Under the pieces are notes generated by a model. It saw only the letters and a program-made list of their open reading frames with translations. It was not told the origin of the DNA and did not search any database. From Bdellovibrionota bacterium (GTDB lineage: Bacteria; Bdellovibrionota_C; UBA2361; OMII01), in contig JBIKWQ010000011.1 of assembly GCA_044356215.1 (NCBI GenBank), positions 1 through 56,185 on the forward strand: a stretch of DNA of 56,185 bases, read 5' to 3'. The position numbers and the translations under genes are program-made. Below, piece after piece: positions 10,700 to 21,129 of this stretch; within the stretch, counting starts at the first letter, position 1, and each line of letters begins with the position of its first letter.

Positions 10700-11456
10700 C
10701 GACAGCGACAACACTGAGAGCAATTGGGTTTCTATCCGTGAGATCTCGGATCAGCCCGAGCGCCTTTTCGCGGTAGGGGATATTCACGGACACCTTGATG
10801 AGGTGAGTAGGCTGGTTGATTACCTTGTTGATAGCGAGAAGTTGTCAGCCTCTGACCAGTTGATCTTTATCGGTGATTACATAGATCGTGGCAGCGACTC
10901 CAAGGGCGTGATCGATAAGATGCTCCAGTTAAGGCAGAGCTTTCCTAAGACTGTTTTTTTAAAGGGTAATCACGAGGATATGCTGCTTAGCTTCCTCGGG
11001 CTCGGCGGTAATAATGGTGAATACTATCTGCAAAATGGCGGGCTCTCGCTGTTCGACAGTTACGGTATCAAGACAGTAGACAGCTTAAGCTCTATTTTCC
11101 AGGCTATTCCCGGAGAGCACCTCGATTTTATAAGGGGCCTGGAATTAGGGGTTTCGCTAGGAGAGTTTGTTTTCGTGCACGCGGGTTTGGCGCCAAGCAG
11201 AGATTTTGGCCAGCAAATAGCGGATGATGTGCTCTGGATCCGTGACGAGTTTCTTGAGTCGACTCATGATTTCAAGAAAACGATAGTTTTCGGACATACA
11301 TCCTTCAGCAGGATTCTGCTGGATCTTCCGTACAAAATAGGGATCGATACCGGAATAGCTTATGGACGAAAGCTCTCTGCGGTTGAGCTGACACGCGGCG
11401 AGACCTTTGCTGTAGGCAAGGGCCAGAGGTTGGTGGCTAAGGCCACTTTGCGATAA
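10689..11456 (+). CDS. Metallophosphoesterase, PPP/ApaH-like Ser/Thr phosphatase
   Basis: GDIHG, GDYIDRG, GNHE, HAG, FGHT, GIDTG motifs. Confidence 0.9.
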   Translation: MRVNDSDNTESNWVSIREISDQPERLFAVGDIHGHLDEVSRLVDYLVDSEKLSASDQLIFIGDYIDRGSDSKGVIDKMLQLRQSFPKTVFLKGNHEDMLLSFLGLGGNNGEYYLQNGGLSLFDSYGIKTVDSLSSIFQAIPGEHLDFIRGLELGVSLGEFVFVHAGLAPSRDFGQQIADDVLWIRDEFLESTHDFKKTIVFGHTSFSRILLDLPYKIGIDTGIAYGRKLSAVELTRGETFAVGKGQRLVAKATLR

Positions 11457-11585
11457 TTGGCCTCAAATAGGCTACTTTGCCGATAATCGGGGGTACTTGA
11501 TGTCTTTTGCTCTAAGGTTTAGTCTCTTCGGGTCATCAGGCAGCATCCAAGTAGCTTAGATGGCTCAGGTAATGACGGAGTGGAT

Positions 11586-13004
11586 ATGGCACAGCCAAAC
11601 GTAGGAATGATCGGTCTCGGGGTAATGGGTTCAAACCTAGCGCGGAACATAGAGAGCCGCGGTCTTCCCGTAGCTGTTTTTAATCGAAGTGGGGAAGTTA
11701 CTCGTGAGTTCATGAAGCGCCATGGAGGCAAGGCCGCTAAAGCCGGATTCGTTGAGTCCTATACGTTAGCTGATTTTGTTAAGAGCATGTCCGCGCCGCG
11801 TCAGATATTTATTATGGTTCAGGCGGGAGGAGCTACCGATGCGGTAATAGATCAGCTCGCTCCTTTGCTGGATAAGGGCGATATCGTGATCGACGGCGGT
11901 AATGCCTATTTCAAAGATACTATTAGAAGAGAGGAGAAGCTCAAAGAGATGGGGCTAAACTTCCTTGGGATCGGAATTAGCGGAGGCGAGGAGGGAGCTC
12001 TGAAGGGGCCTAGCCTTATGCCAGGAGGTCCAAAGGATGCTTGGAAGATCGTAGCTCCTCTCTTGGAGAAGATAGCAGCCCAGGCCGATGGCCCCTGCAC
12101 AAATTATGTCGGCCCTGATGGCGCCGGTCACTTCGTGAAGATGGTTCATAACGGTATTGAGTATGGCGATATGCAGTTAATCGCCGAGGGCTATGACATT
12201 CTGCGGAATGTTGTTGGGTGTAAAGCCGAGGAGCTTAGTTCGATATTCTCCAAGTGGAACCAGGGGCCACTATCATCATATCTGATCGAGATTACGGCCA
12301 AGATATTCACTCTTCGCGACACGGATACCAAGGGACATCTGGTTGACCAGATCCTTGACAAAGCGGGACAGAAGGGAACGGGCACATGGACAGCGCAAGT
12401 GGCCTTAGACCTCGGTGTTTCCATCCCAACAATAGCCGCGGCTGTTGACGCGCGCACATTAAGCAGTCTAAAGGCCGAGCGAGTTGAGGCAGCGAAGGAG
12501 TTTAAGGGGCCGAGTGTCGATGATTTTACAGGTAACAGAGAGGAGTTTATCTCCGCTGTGCACGACGCTCTTTACGCCTCAAAGATCATGTCTTACGCCC
12601 AGGGAATGGCTCTGATAGCGGCTGCCTCTAAGCAGTGGAACTGGGATCTAAAACTAAATGAGATCGCCGCTCTCTGGAAGGGTGGTTGCATCATTAGAGC
12701 GAAGTTCCTCGATGAGATCCGGCGGGCTTTTAGTTTACAACCAGCTCCGGCAAATCTGATTCTCGATTCATTTATGAAGGCTGAGGTTGTGCGTTGCGTG
12801 CCTAATCTGCGCAAGGTCGTGGCCACGGCTGTATCAAAGGGTGTTCCAGCGCTTGGCTTCGGCGCGTCGCTGGCATACTTTGATAGCTATAGGACCGCTG
12901 ACCTTCCACAGAATCTTACGCAGGCGCAAAGAGATTTCTTCGGAGCGCACACATATGAGCGCAAAGATATGCCCGGGACTTTCCACACGGAGTGGGAGGC
13001 TTAA
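11586..13004 (+). CDS. gnd: NADP-dependent 6-phosphogluconate dehydrogenase
   Basis: GLGVMG, NR, SGGEEGA, KMVHNGIEYGDMQ, QKGTG, QAQRDFFGAHTYER. Confidence 0.97.
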   Translation: MAQPNVGMIGLGVMGSNLARNIESRGLPVAVFNRSGEVTREFMKRHGGKAAKAGFVESYTLADFVKSMSAPRQIFIMVQAGGATDAVIDQLAPLLDKGDIVIDGGNAYFKDTIRREEKLKEMGLNFLGIGISGGEEGALKGPSLMPGGPKDAWKIVAPLLEKIAAQADGPCTNYVGPDGAGHFVKMVHNGIEYGDMQLIAEGYDILRNVVGCKAEELSSIFSKWNQGPLSSYLIEITAKIFTLRDTDTKGHLVDQILDKAGQKGTGTWTAQVALDLGVSIPTIAAAVDARTLSSLKAERVEAAKEFKGPSVDDFTGNREEFISAVHDALYASKIMSYAQGMALIAAASKQWNWDLKLNEIAALWKGGCIIRAKFLDEIRRAFSLQPAPANLILDSFMKAEVVRCVPNLRKVVATAVSKGVPALGFGASLAYFDSYRTADLPQNLTQAQRDFFGAHTYERKDMPGTFHTEWEA

Positions 13005-13040
13005 GCTTCGAGCGGCCCACTTTCTTTGAGGAGGGGTAGC

Positions 13041-14768
13041 TTACAGCATCACTAGAAGAATAATTCCAACAAGCGTCAGGGCTAAACCTGAGGCTAGCTT
13101 CGCTATTTTCACGTAGCACCTTCTGGTCTTACCGGTATCGCTCTCGGTGATCTTCTTAATCTCAATAAATGGTATCGGAGCTCTCCTGTACCACCCCTCG
13201 ATGATGACATCTTTCCCCTGGAGATCTTTAGCTCTTAAGAGTCCGAAGAGGAGCTCCCAGAATCGAAATGGTTGACGGTAATCTAAAAAGATTATTCCTG
13301 TACCGTCATGAATAACGAAGTCCTCGCTCCATATTAAACCTGGAACTCCTTTGCCCACGACAGTTCCTCGAATAGTCGTGGAGATCGGTCTAATAGGCGA
13401 AACCTTGACCTCTTGGAGTAGCTTGGCAACGGTGGATTCAGGATAACTTTCGCCTCTATAAGATAGAGACGTCTTAACCATAGAGCTGACTCCGATAATG
13501 ATTAATAGAGCAGGATACCAAGAGTGAGATACAGAACCGGTGATTGAACTGAAAATTAAAGCGCCGAGGCCAATCAGCAGTGTTATCAGTGGCAGGATGT
13601 TTACCACTACATCAACCAGGAATTCATCCCAATACGACTCAGGTTTGTCACGGTCAAAAATAACGAAGGGATCTTGCCCTAAAGACGCGGATTGATCTCC
13701 TAGGTACTCAAGTCGTTTCGCTATCAATGGATGAGTTGACTGGATCTCAAAGAAAGCGGCCCATGGATTCCACAGGTCCCACTGCAACGCGCCTTTTAGT
13801 GTCTCCTGATCAAATCCACCACTGTGCGCGCCAGCTTGCGCTGTTACCACAAGATTAAGCGCTGACCCTTTGTCGAAGATGTTAAGAGCTGAAAATCCGA
13901 CCGCTCCAGCCAGCTTTGACCTATCTGGGGAATCTGGCGGCGGGCCAGACGAAGCGTTACCGCCGTGGCTAGCCAATCCGTACCCGATCTTCACAAGAGC
14001 GCTCGCTAGAGCGCTCGGTGAAGGCCCGTACCGACCGGCGAATCGATCGGCATAAAATTCCCTGGTTCTACTAAACCACAGTACCACCAGTTGGCTCAGC
14101 ATGTAGACGATGTACGCGCCGTAAGCGGCGAATGCCGCCACCGCTCCCTCCTTTTTACCGCGCCCGATCTGATCCGCGAAATAGCGGTAAAGAGAGTAAG
14201 CTAGAAGCGGTACGAGTTGAGCAATCGTCATAATCACCATATCCCAGTGACAAACATGCCCCATTTCATGTGCTACAACGGCGTCCACCTCATCAGGATC
14301 AAGTAACTCGAATATACCCCTACTTAGAACAACTCTAGCGTTGCTCGGATAATGACCGTAGGTGAAAGCTTGTGGAGCTCCATCGTCAATCAATCCAAAG
14401 CTGGGGAAGCTTATCTTGTGTTCGTCGCAGATCTTTCGCGTGATCACTTTAACGTGATGTGGTAGTTCGCTCTGATCAATCCACTGAACCCCGTAAAGGA
14501 ACCGCAGCGACAGATCCATGATCCAGGGACCAAAGAGGTATTGGGCGATAACGGTGACGATCCCGCCAAATAGCGCGAAAGTAGGTGAGATGAATCCAAG
14601 TTCCGAGGCGGAGATTAAGACCAATCCGAGTGCCCCGTACAAAAGAGCCAGAAGGCTGACCGAACGAACCGCGAGATTTGGGAGTGGTCGCGTTCCGGAT
14701 GCTAGCTGTCGGTGCCTCTCGCGCTTAAATTGGGCGGCTTTGTTGAACGGCGGGGGAGTATTTGGCAT
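13041..14768 (-). CDS. M48/HtpX-family membrane zinc metalloprotease with C-terminal extra domain
   Basis: HEMGH zinc motif, SRTREFYAD, STHP, several TM helices. Confidence 0.88.
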   Translation of the reverse strand: MPNTPPPFNKAAQFKRERHRQLASGTRPLPNLAVRSVSLLALLYGALGLVLISASELGFISPTFALFGGIVTVIAQYLFGPWIMDLSLRFLYGVQWIDQSELPHHVKVITRKICDEHKISFPSFGLIDDGAPQAFTYGHYPSNARVVLSRGIFELLDPDEVDAVVAHEMGHVCHWDMVIMTIAQLVPLLAYSLYRYFADQIGRGKKEGAVAAFAAYGAYIVYMLSQLVVLWFSRTREFYADRFAGRYGPSPSALASALVKIGYGLASHGGNASSGPPPDSPDRSKLAGAVGFSALNIFDKGSALNLVVTAQAGAHSGGFDQETLKGALQWDLWNPWAAFFEIQSTHPLIAKRLEYLGDQSASLGQDPFVIFDRDKPESYWDEFLVDVVVNILPLITLLIGLGALIFSSITGSVSHSWYPALLIIIGVSSMVKTSLSYRGESYPESTVAKLLQEVKVSPIRPISTTIRGTVVGKGVPGLIWSEDFVIHDGTGIIFLDYRQPFRFWELLFGLLRAKDLQGKDVIIEGWYRRAPIPFIEIKKITESDTGKTRRCYVKIAKLASGLALTLVGIILLVML

Positions 14769-14804
14769 GATTCCTTACAGGCTATTATGTAGCACAATCT
14801 TATT

Positions 14805-16664
14805 ATGACAGCAGTACCATTATTAAGTTTGCAGGACGCGACCAAGGCTTTTTCGGATAAGCCGCTTTTTTCCGATCTCTCCCTGGTTATATTTGAGAAT
14901 GAGCGGGTCGCTTTAGTAGGAAGCAATGGCTCTGGAAAATCAACTCTGCTCAAAGTTTTAAGTGGGATCGAGGAGCTCGATTCGGGTAATCTAAATAAGC
15001 GCAAGGGTTTTCGCGGCGCTTATGTCGCGCAGGCGGAGTCTTTTGACGCGCACGCTTCGATTGGAGATGTGCTAGACAGCCATCTGTTCGCGCTGGGGTT
15101 TGATCACTCGGAGGTAGCTCGCCGCTCAAGCGTATATCTCGGGTTGGCGGGTTTCGATGACCCCGAGAAGAGAGTAGGGGACCTCTCTGGTGGCTGGCGT
15201 AAGAGGCTGGCTATAGCGCGGGCCTTGGCTGAAGAGCCTGATTGCCTCTTGCTCGACGAGCCCACCAACCACCTAGATATCGAATCGATCGAGTGGTTGG
15301 AGGATCTTTTGGAGGGGCTTACTACGGTTGTAGTGTTTGTCAGCCACGACCGCTATTTCATTGAAAGATTAGCCACCCGAGTAGTTGAAATTAACACGAG
15401 TTATCCCCGCGACCACCTCGTTTCGGAGGGTGGATACGCGGACTACATCGAGCAGCGCGAGGAGTTGCTCGAGCAACTGAAGCAGCAAAGGGATTCTCTG
15501 GCCAATAAGGTAAGGCGAGAAGTTGAGTGGCTGCGTCAGGGTGTGAAGGCGAGAACGACCAAATCTCGTTCGCGGATTAATGAAGCTCACAGATTGATCG
15601 ACGCACTCAGTGGTTCACGGATAGGCGAGCGAGCTAGCATGGAGCTGGACTTTGCCTCTACAGATCGCAAAACAAAGGAGCTGCTTAAAGCAGAGAGAGT
15701 TTCTCAAAAAATCGGCGACCGGTGGCTCTTTAGAGATGTGTCGCTGCGACTTTCTCCCGGTTCACGTCTGGCTGTTGTTGGTCCCAACGGAAGCGGCAAG
15801 ACGACCCTAGTGAGGACGCTTCTTGGGGAGTTGAGCCCGGCGTCAGGAAAAATTATTAGGGCTTCTAATTTGCGAGTGTCTTTTATGGACCAGGCTCGCA
15901 GTGTGATTCGTGATGATATCTCCTTGCGCGAGTTTCTCTGTCCTCACGGGGATTCGATCGTCTTTAAGGGTGAGTCTATCCACGTCGCGGCGTGGGCGGC
16001 TCGGTTTCTCTTCTCGCACACCCACCTAGGCAGAAAGATGGCAGCCCTTTCAGGAGGAGAACGAGCTCGGGCTGTATTGGCCAAGAGCATAGCGCAGGAA
16101 TCTGATATCTTGGTTTTCGATGAGCCCACTAATGATTTAGATATAGCGACCCTCGAGAATCTAGAGGAGGGCTTTAATTCCTTCCCAGGGGCGATCGTTT
16201 TAATAACGCACGATCGCTACCTTTTAGATCGGGTGGCGAGTCAGGTTTTGGGGATCGCCGAAGGGGAGGCCGTCATTTTTGGGAGCTACGCTCAGTGGGA
16301 CGAATACAAAAAGGGGAAGATTAGTCAGATAGCTAAGGGTGCGAAGAGGGATCCTGAGCCCTCCAATCCTGCGTCGGGAACGGTCCCAGCGACCCGTAAA
16401 ACAACGAAGAAGCTCTCCTACAGAGATGCTCGGGATCTCAGTCTTATAGAGGAAAATATAGCTCAGGCTGAATCGGTGGTGGAGAAGACCCGTCAGCAGA
16501 TTGAGTCAGGTGAATACGCGACAGACGCGACTAAACTATCCGAGCTTTGCTCGTTGCTCGCAGTCCAGGAGGCTGAGGTCGAGAGGCTCTATAATCGCTG
16601 GCAGGAGCTTGAGAGCTTAGGGAAGGCCGGCAAAACCCCTCCCTACTGCGAAAGCGGATCTTGA
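14805..16664 (+). CDS. ABC-F family ATPase (Uup-like); last codons supplied by MITE
   Basis: Two ABC cassettes (GSNGSGKST/LSGG/DEPTNHLD; GPNGSGKT/LSGGE/DEPTNDLD), KARTTKS linker, C-terminal coiled coil, no TM. Confidence 0.92.
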   Translation: MTAVPLLSLQDATKAFSDKPLFSDLSLVIFENERVALVGSNGSGKSTLLKVLSGIEELDSGNLNKRKGFRGAYVAQAESFDAHASIGDVLDSHLFALGFDHSEVARRSSVYLGLAGFDDPEKRVGDLSGGWRKRLAIARALAEEPDCLLLDEPTNHLDIESIEWLEDLLEGLTTVVVFVSHDRYFIERLATRVVEINTSYPRDHLVSEGGYADYIEQREELLEQLKQQRDSLANKVRREVEWLRQGVKARTTKSRSRINEAHRLIDALSGSRIGERASMELDFASTDRKTKELLKAERVSQKIGDRWLFRDVSLRLSPGSRLAVVGPNGSGKTTLVRTLLGELSPASGKIIRASNLRVSFMDQARSVIRDDISLREFLCPHGDSIVFKGESIHVAAWAARFLFSHTHLGRKMAALSGGERARAVLAKSIAQESDILVFDEPTNDLDIATLENLEEGFNSFPGAIVLITHDRYLLDRVASQVLGIAEGEAVIFGSYAQWDEYKKGKISQIAKGAKRDPEPSNPASGTVPATRKTTKKLSYRDARDLSLIEENIAQAESVVEKTRQQIESGEYATDATKLSELCSLLAVQEAEVERLYNRWQELESLGKAGKTPPYCESGS

Positions 16665-16803
16665 GCTGCTCTTCGAGTTTTCAAGATGGGAAAAAATCCT
16701 CAATGTATCGCAGCGGATACACTTGCGGTTTTTTCCCATCTAGAAAATCGAATATCAACTCAACCTCCACTTTCTCGCTACGGGTAGGTTTTGCCGGCCT
16801 TCC
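16621..16803. mobile_element. MITE copy D (183 bp, canonical)
   Basis: Perfect 17-bp TIR GGAAGGCCGGCAAAACC; TTAG duplication at 16617-16620 and 16804-16807; internal hairpin 16673-16751. Confidence 0.92.
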
Positions 16804-16941
16804 TTAGGTAAGTCCTAGCCTACCGATTGTTAGAGAAACACCGCGATAGCGAGGTTTCGCCTCTTTTCCCATTGTGCGATCTGATGAGTTCGGTGCAAAA
16901 TCTAGTTTACGAGGAAACTATACTGACTGGACGTATAGATT

Positions 16942-17370
16942 ATGGCTATTAAAATGAGTGAGCCGATAGGGCCTGCCCCAATAGGCCCACTGATCTGCAG
17001 GGTAGCGCTGGGCGCTTATTTCGTCATGGCTGGTCTCAGCAAGTTGCACATGCTTTCCGCCTTCGTAGCTCAAGTGAAGAATTTCGGAGTGCTACCAGAC
17101 AACGCTTCGTCGCTCTACGCCGTTTTGCTCCCGTACACGGAGGTCTTTATAGGCGCGTGCCTGATTTTAGGCCTGTGGACAACTATGGTTTCAATTCTGG
17201 CGAGCGCGCTGTTAATTTCGTTCGTGTTCGCCTTTGGCTTCTTTCCGGGAGCTTCGGATATATTCAATAAGGACGTCGTGCTACTCGGGGCCGTTATCGG
17301 TCTGATGTATACGGGGCCTGGGGCCTACGGGCTTGATAATGTAAGAAAGCCTCCATCAGGGGCTCATTAG
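16942..17370 (+). CDS. DoxX/MauE family membrane protein
   Basis: RVALG..F..AGLSK, LPYTEVFIG, GPGAYGLD; 4 TM. Confidence 0.8.
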   Translation: MAIKMSEPIGPAPIGPLICRVALGAYFVMAGLSKLHMLSAFVAQVKNFGVLPDNASSLYAVLLPYTEVFIGACLILGLWTTMVSILASALLISFVFAFGFFPGASDIFNKDVVLLGAVIGLMYTGPGAYGLDNVRKPPSGAH

Positions 17371-17412
17371 GAAGGGTGGATCATTTATACCTGTTCGCGC
17401 TAATCTCGCCTC

Positions 17413-18378
17413 GTGGCAAAGCGCAGGATATCAATTAATGCGGCGATTCTGAGACATGTCCCCAGAGACGAGGGAGTGTTAGTCGCTGTTTCAGGTGGGC
17501 GGGACTCAATGGTTCTGCTTAGCGCCTTGTTGGCCAATCAGGGCGCTTTGAGCGCTCGACTTGAAGTGGCGCACATTGATCACGGATTACGACCAAACAG
17601 CGGTGACGACGCGCGCTTTGTCGCTGAAAGTTGTACGCGTCTTGGAGTGCTGTGCCATGTGATTAAATTGACAACCGGACCTGGTGCCGAGAATGTCGAG
17701 GCGTGGGCACGTCGAGAGCGTTATGCCGCGCTCAACGCTGTTGTGATGGATCGGAAGTTAGGAGTAATAGCCACGGCTCACAACGCGAATGATGTGGCGG
17801 AAACGCTACTGATGAGGTTGATCGCTAAAAAGGAGCTAACTTCAATAGAGCAGAGTGATCCCCGTCGTCGCGTGGTGAGGCCTCTTCTTGAGATCAGTCG
17901 AGACCAAATTGACGAATATGTAAGGGAGTTCCAGGTGGCCTTCGTCGAGGATCCGACGAATATAGACACCGGTTTTGTCCGTAACAGGATCAGACACGAA
18001 CTTTTGCCCCTGCTAGCCGATAGGTTTGACCCTTCGATCGTGTGGATTTTGGCTGAACAAGGGAGGTCCTTAGCCTTGGACAGTGAAGCATTAAGAGCGA
18101 CCGCGGCTGATATTATCGCCGATATAGGAGAGGTGCGTCAGATGGATCGTCGGTGGCTTGAGGGGTGTCAAAGTCGACTGACTACGGTGCCTTACGGGAT
18201 CGGGTGGCGGGTGGTGCAAGCCCTTTTTGCGCCACTGCTCGGTTTTGTGGTTGGAGAATCGAAGGCAGCCGCGATAATGGGTGTTTTGCAGGGAAGAGAT
18301 TCTTCGGTTGATCTTGGAGGAGGCCGGAGTTTGGAGGTGCGGGACGGTGGGGTCAGGTTGGTTGAGCCATTTCTTTAA
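17413..18378 (+). CDS. tilS: tRNA(Ile)-lysidine synthase (short form)
   Basis: SGGRDS PP-loop, DHGLR, TAHNAND, RPLL, RNRIRH; upstream of ftsH. Confidence 0.93.
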   Translation: MAKRRISINAAILRHVPRDEGVLVAVSGGRDSMVLLSALLANQGALSARLEVAHIDHGLRPNSGDDARFVAESCTRLGVLCHVIKLTTGPGAENVEAWARRERYAALNAVVMDRKLGVIATAHNANDVAETLLMRLIAKKELTSIEQSDPRRRVVRPLLEISRDQIDEYVREFQVAFVEDPTNIDTGFVRNRIRHELLPLLADRFDPSIVWILAEQGRSLALDSEALRATAADIIADIGEVRQMDRRWLEGCQSRLTTVPYGIGWRVVQALFAPLLGFVVGESKAAAIMGVLQGRDSSVDLGGGRSLEVRDGGVRLVEPFL

Positions 18379-18450
18379 TAAAGTCAGTGTGCTTTAACCC
18401 AATCTTGGGTATTATAAGAGCCGTTTCAAGGTTAAAAGTTCTTTATTAAG

Positions 18451-20322
18451 GTGACGCAGTTGGGAAAGAGTGGATTATTTTGGGTTGGCTTGGTTCTTCT
18501 TGTTTTGATGGCGTACAGCTTCAGCAGTAAGGGCAAAGAGGGAGAGACCCCAGTTTCATATACAGAGTTCCTGCAATCGGTGGAGAACGGCGATGTGCGA
18601 GCTGTTAGTATTGAGGGCCAAGCCGTCATAGGAGAATATAAAACCAAGAGTGGGGCTCTTGGAAGGTTCCGAACGACAGCTCCGCAAGATGACTCAATGA
18701 TTCCGCTGTTGAGGAAGCACTCTGTTGATATAGCGGTGCAGGATCCTGGCAATCAGTCTTCATACATGTTGTTCCTCTTGAACGCCCTGCCGATCCTTCT
18801 CTTTCTAGGCATCTGGTTCGTCTTCTGGCGACAGGTCCAGATGGGGGCAGGCAAGGGAATGAGCTTTGGTAAGTCACGCGCCAAGCTGCTTACAGAGTCA
18901 CAACAGAAGGTGACCTTCGCTGATGTCGCCGGAATCGATGAGGCTCGCTCAGAGCTTGAGGAGATCATCGAGTTTCTTAAGGATCCAAAGAAGTTTACCC
19001 GACTAGGTGGCCGCATCCCTAAGGGAGTTCTACTGATCGGTTCTCCTGGTACCGGAAAGACCCTGCTGGCTAAGGCGATTGCGGGCGAAGCTGGTGTTCC
19101 TTTCTTCAGTATCTCTGGCTCTGATTTTGTCGAGATGTTTGTCGGTGTTGGAGCATCGCGTGTGCGCGACCTGTTTATTCAGGGAAAGAAGAACGCTCCG
19201 TGCATAATCTTCATCGACGAGATCGACGCGGTGGGACGCCATCGCGGAGCTGGAATGGGTGGAGGTCACGATGAGCGTGAGCAGACATTAAATCAGCTCC
19301 TCGTGGAGATGGATGGTTTCGAGAGCAACGAAGGGGTGATCCTGATCGCCGCGACCAACCGACCTGATGTGCTAGACCCAGCGCTACTCCGTCCAGGACG
19401 CTTTGACCGTCGAGTAGTTGTTCCAAGACCTGATTTGAATGGTCGCTTGGGTATCTTGAAGGTGCATACAAAGAAGGTTCCAGTGGCGCCTGATGTTGAC
19501 CTTAACGTGGTGGCGCGAGGTACCCCTGGATTCTCGGGCGCTGATTTAGAGATATTAGTTAACGAGGCGGCTCTATACGCCGCGAGGAAGAACAAGTCAG
19601 TCGTTGAGCGTTCCGACTTCGAGTACGCTAAAGACAAGGTGATGATGGGTGCTGAGCGCCGATCGATGTTGCTCTCTGAGAAAGAGAAGTTAACGACAGC
19701 TTATCATGAGTCAGGCCACGCGTTGGTAGCCAAGAAGCTCTCTAATGCCGACCCTGTGCATAAACTAACGATCGTCCCGCGAGGAATGGCGTTAGGGTTG
19801 ATGCAGCAGCTCCCAGAGGCGGATAAGCACACTTACTCTAAGTCTTATTGGATGGACCAATTAGCTGTTTTCTTCGGTGGCAGAGTAGCCGAGGAGTTGG
19901 TCTTCAACGAGATGAATACGGGTGCCAGCTCAGATATCCAGAGGGCTACTGAGATCGCCCGTAGGATGGTGTGTGAGTGGGGAATGAGCTTAGCTCTTGG
20001 CCCGATTCATTACGACACCAAGGAGGAGCACGTTTTCCTTGGGCGTGATATCGGCAAGCCGCGTGAGCACTCAGAAGCGATCCAGATGGAGATCGACCAA
20101 GAGGTTAAGAGGATCCTGAGCAGTCAGTACGACATCGCGAAAAAGATCGTTTCTGAGAATCTGGACATACTTCACAACTTAGCTAAGGCTGTTATGGAGC
20201 GAGAGACTCTGGACGCTGACGATATCGATAGAATTCTGAGAGGAGAGACTCTTACCCCTGGTCCCAAGGGAGGCCCAGCAGGTGGGGAGAATACCGGCGG
20301 CAGCGTCTCGGTGGCAGCCTAA
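18451..20322 (+). CDS. ftsH: ATP-dependent zinc metalloprotease FtsH
   Basis: 2 [29 protein letters not shown]. Confidence 0.98.
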   Translation: MTQLGKSGLFWVGLVLLVLMAYSFSSKGKEGETPVSYTEFLQSVENGDVRAVSIEGQAVIGEYKTKSGALGRFRTTAPQDDSMIPLLRKHSVDIAVQDPGNQSSYMLFLLNALPILLFLGIWFVFWRQVQMGAGKGMSFGKSRAKLLTESQQKVTFADVAGIDEARSELEEIIEFLKDPKKFTRLGGRIPKGVLLIGSPGTGKTLLAKAIAGEAGVPFFSISGSDFVEMFVGVGASRVRDLFIQGKKNAPCIIFIDEIDAVGRHRGAGMGGGHDEREQTLNQLLVEMDGFESNEGVILIAATNRPDVLDPALLRPGRFDRRVVVPRPDLNGRLGILKVHTKKVPVAPDVDLNVVARGTPGFSGADLEILVNEAALYAARKNKSVVERSDFEYAKDKVMMGAERRSMLLSEKEKLTTAYHESGHALVAKKLSNADPVHKLTIVPRGMALGLMQQLPEADKHTYSKSYWMDQLAVFFGGRVAEELVFNEMNTGASSDIQRATEIARRMVCEWGMSLALGPIHYDTKEEHVFLGRDIGKPREHSEAIQMEIDQEVKRILSSQYDIAKKIVSENLDILHNLAKAVMERETLDADDIDRILRGETLTPGPKGGPAGGENTGGSVSVAA

Positions 20323-20325
20323 TGA

Positions 20326-21129
20326 ATGGACCTCGCAACCCTTAAAAAACTAGCTCCATCTGTCGCCTTGGTATTAGACCTAGCGATCGTTTGGTATCTG
20401 GTTTATCGAGGATTGCTTCTAATTCGGGGTACACGTGCGATGCCTATGTTAATAGGTTTGGCGTGTATCGGAGTAGTCTACTTCGTCGCGCAACCTCTTG
20501 GATTAGTCACCGTAGCCTGGATCCTTGATAACTTTCTTAGCTCTCTAATTCTGGTAATCGTAGTGATATTCCAGGACGAGATACGTCGCACACTAACTAA
20601 GGTGGGAGCACATCCGCTGCTCTTTAAGGGGGGGCGGAATGAGGTTCCGTCAGAGTACGAGGAGATATCCGCGACGGTAGGTAAATTAGCGAAAGCCCGC
20701 CTAGGGAGCATCATAGTCATAGAGGGTGACGTTGGGTTAGATGAGTTTCTGGAAGAAGGCGTGGTTCTAGACGCGAAGTTTAGCCGTAAGTTGCTTTACG
20801 GCATCTTTGTTAAAGAGTCTCCCCTGCACGACGGTGCGGTTGTAATTGAGGGAAATAAGATTAAGGCCGCGGGAGTCGTTCTTCCGCTCAGTTCAAATCC
20901 CGATATAGACCCAAGCTTCGGAACTAGGCATAGAGCGGCGCTCGGGATCACAGAAAGGTCCGACGCTCTGGTAATCGTAGTCTCAGAGGAGAGTGGAGCG
21001 ATCACCGTATTCGTCGATGGTAAGCAGTATCGCAATTTAGATGCGGCGGCGTTGCCAGGTTATCTAAAGCGCCACGCGAGCGGTGGTGATGAGACCAGAG
21101 AACTCGCTGGCAAGGTAGGTGTGGTGTGA
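20326..21129 (+). CDS. cdaA: Membrane diadenylate cyclase
   Basis: 3 TM plus DAC domain with HDGA and GTRHRAA; followed by cdaR and glmM. Confidence 0.93.
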   Translation: MDLATLKKLAPSVALVLDLAIVWYLVYRGLLLIRGTRAMPMLIGLACIGVVYFVAQPLGLVTVAWILDNFLSSLILVIVVIFQDEIRRTLTKVGAHPLLFKGGRNEVPSEYEEISATVGKLAKARLGSIIVIEGDVGLDEFLEEGVVLDAKFSRKLLYGIFVKESPLHDGAVVIEGNKIKAAGVVLPLSSNPDIDPSFGTRHRAALGITERSDALVIVVSEESGAITVFVDGKQYRNLDAAALPGYLKRHASGGDETRELAGKVGVV

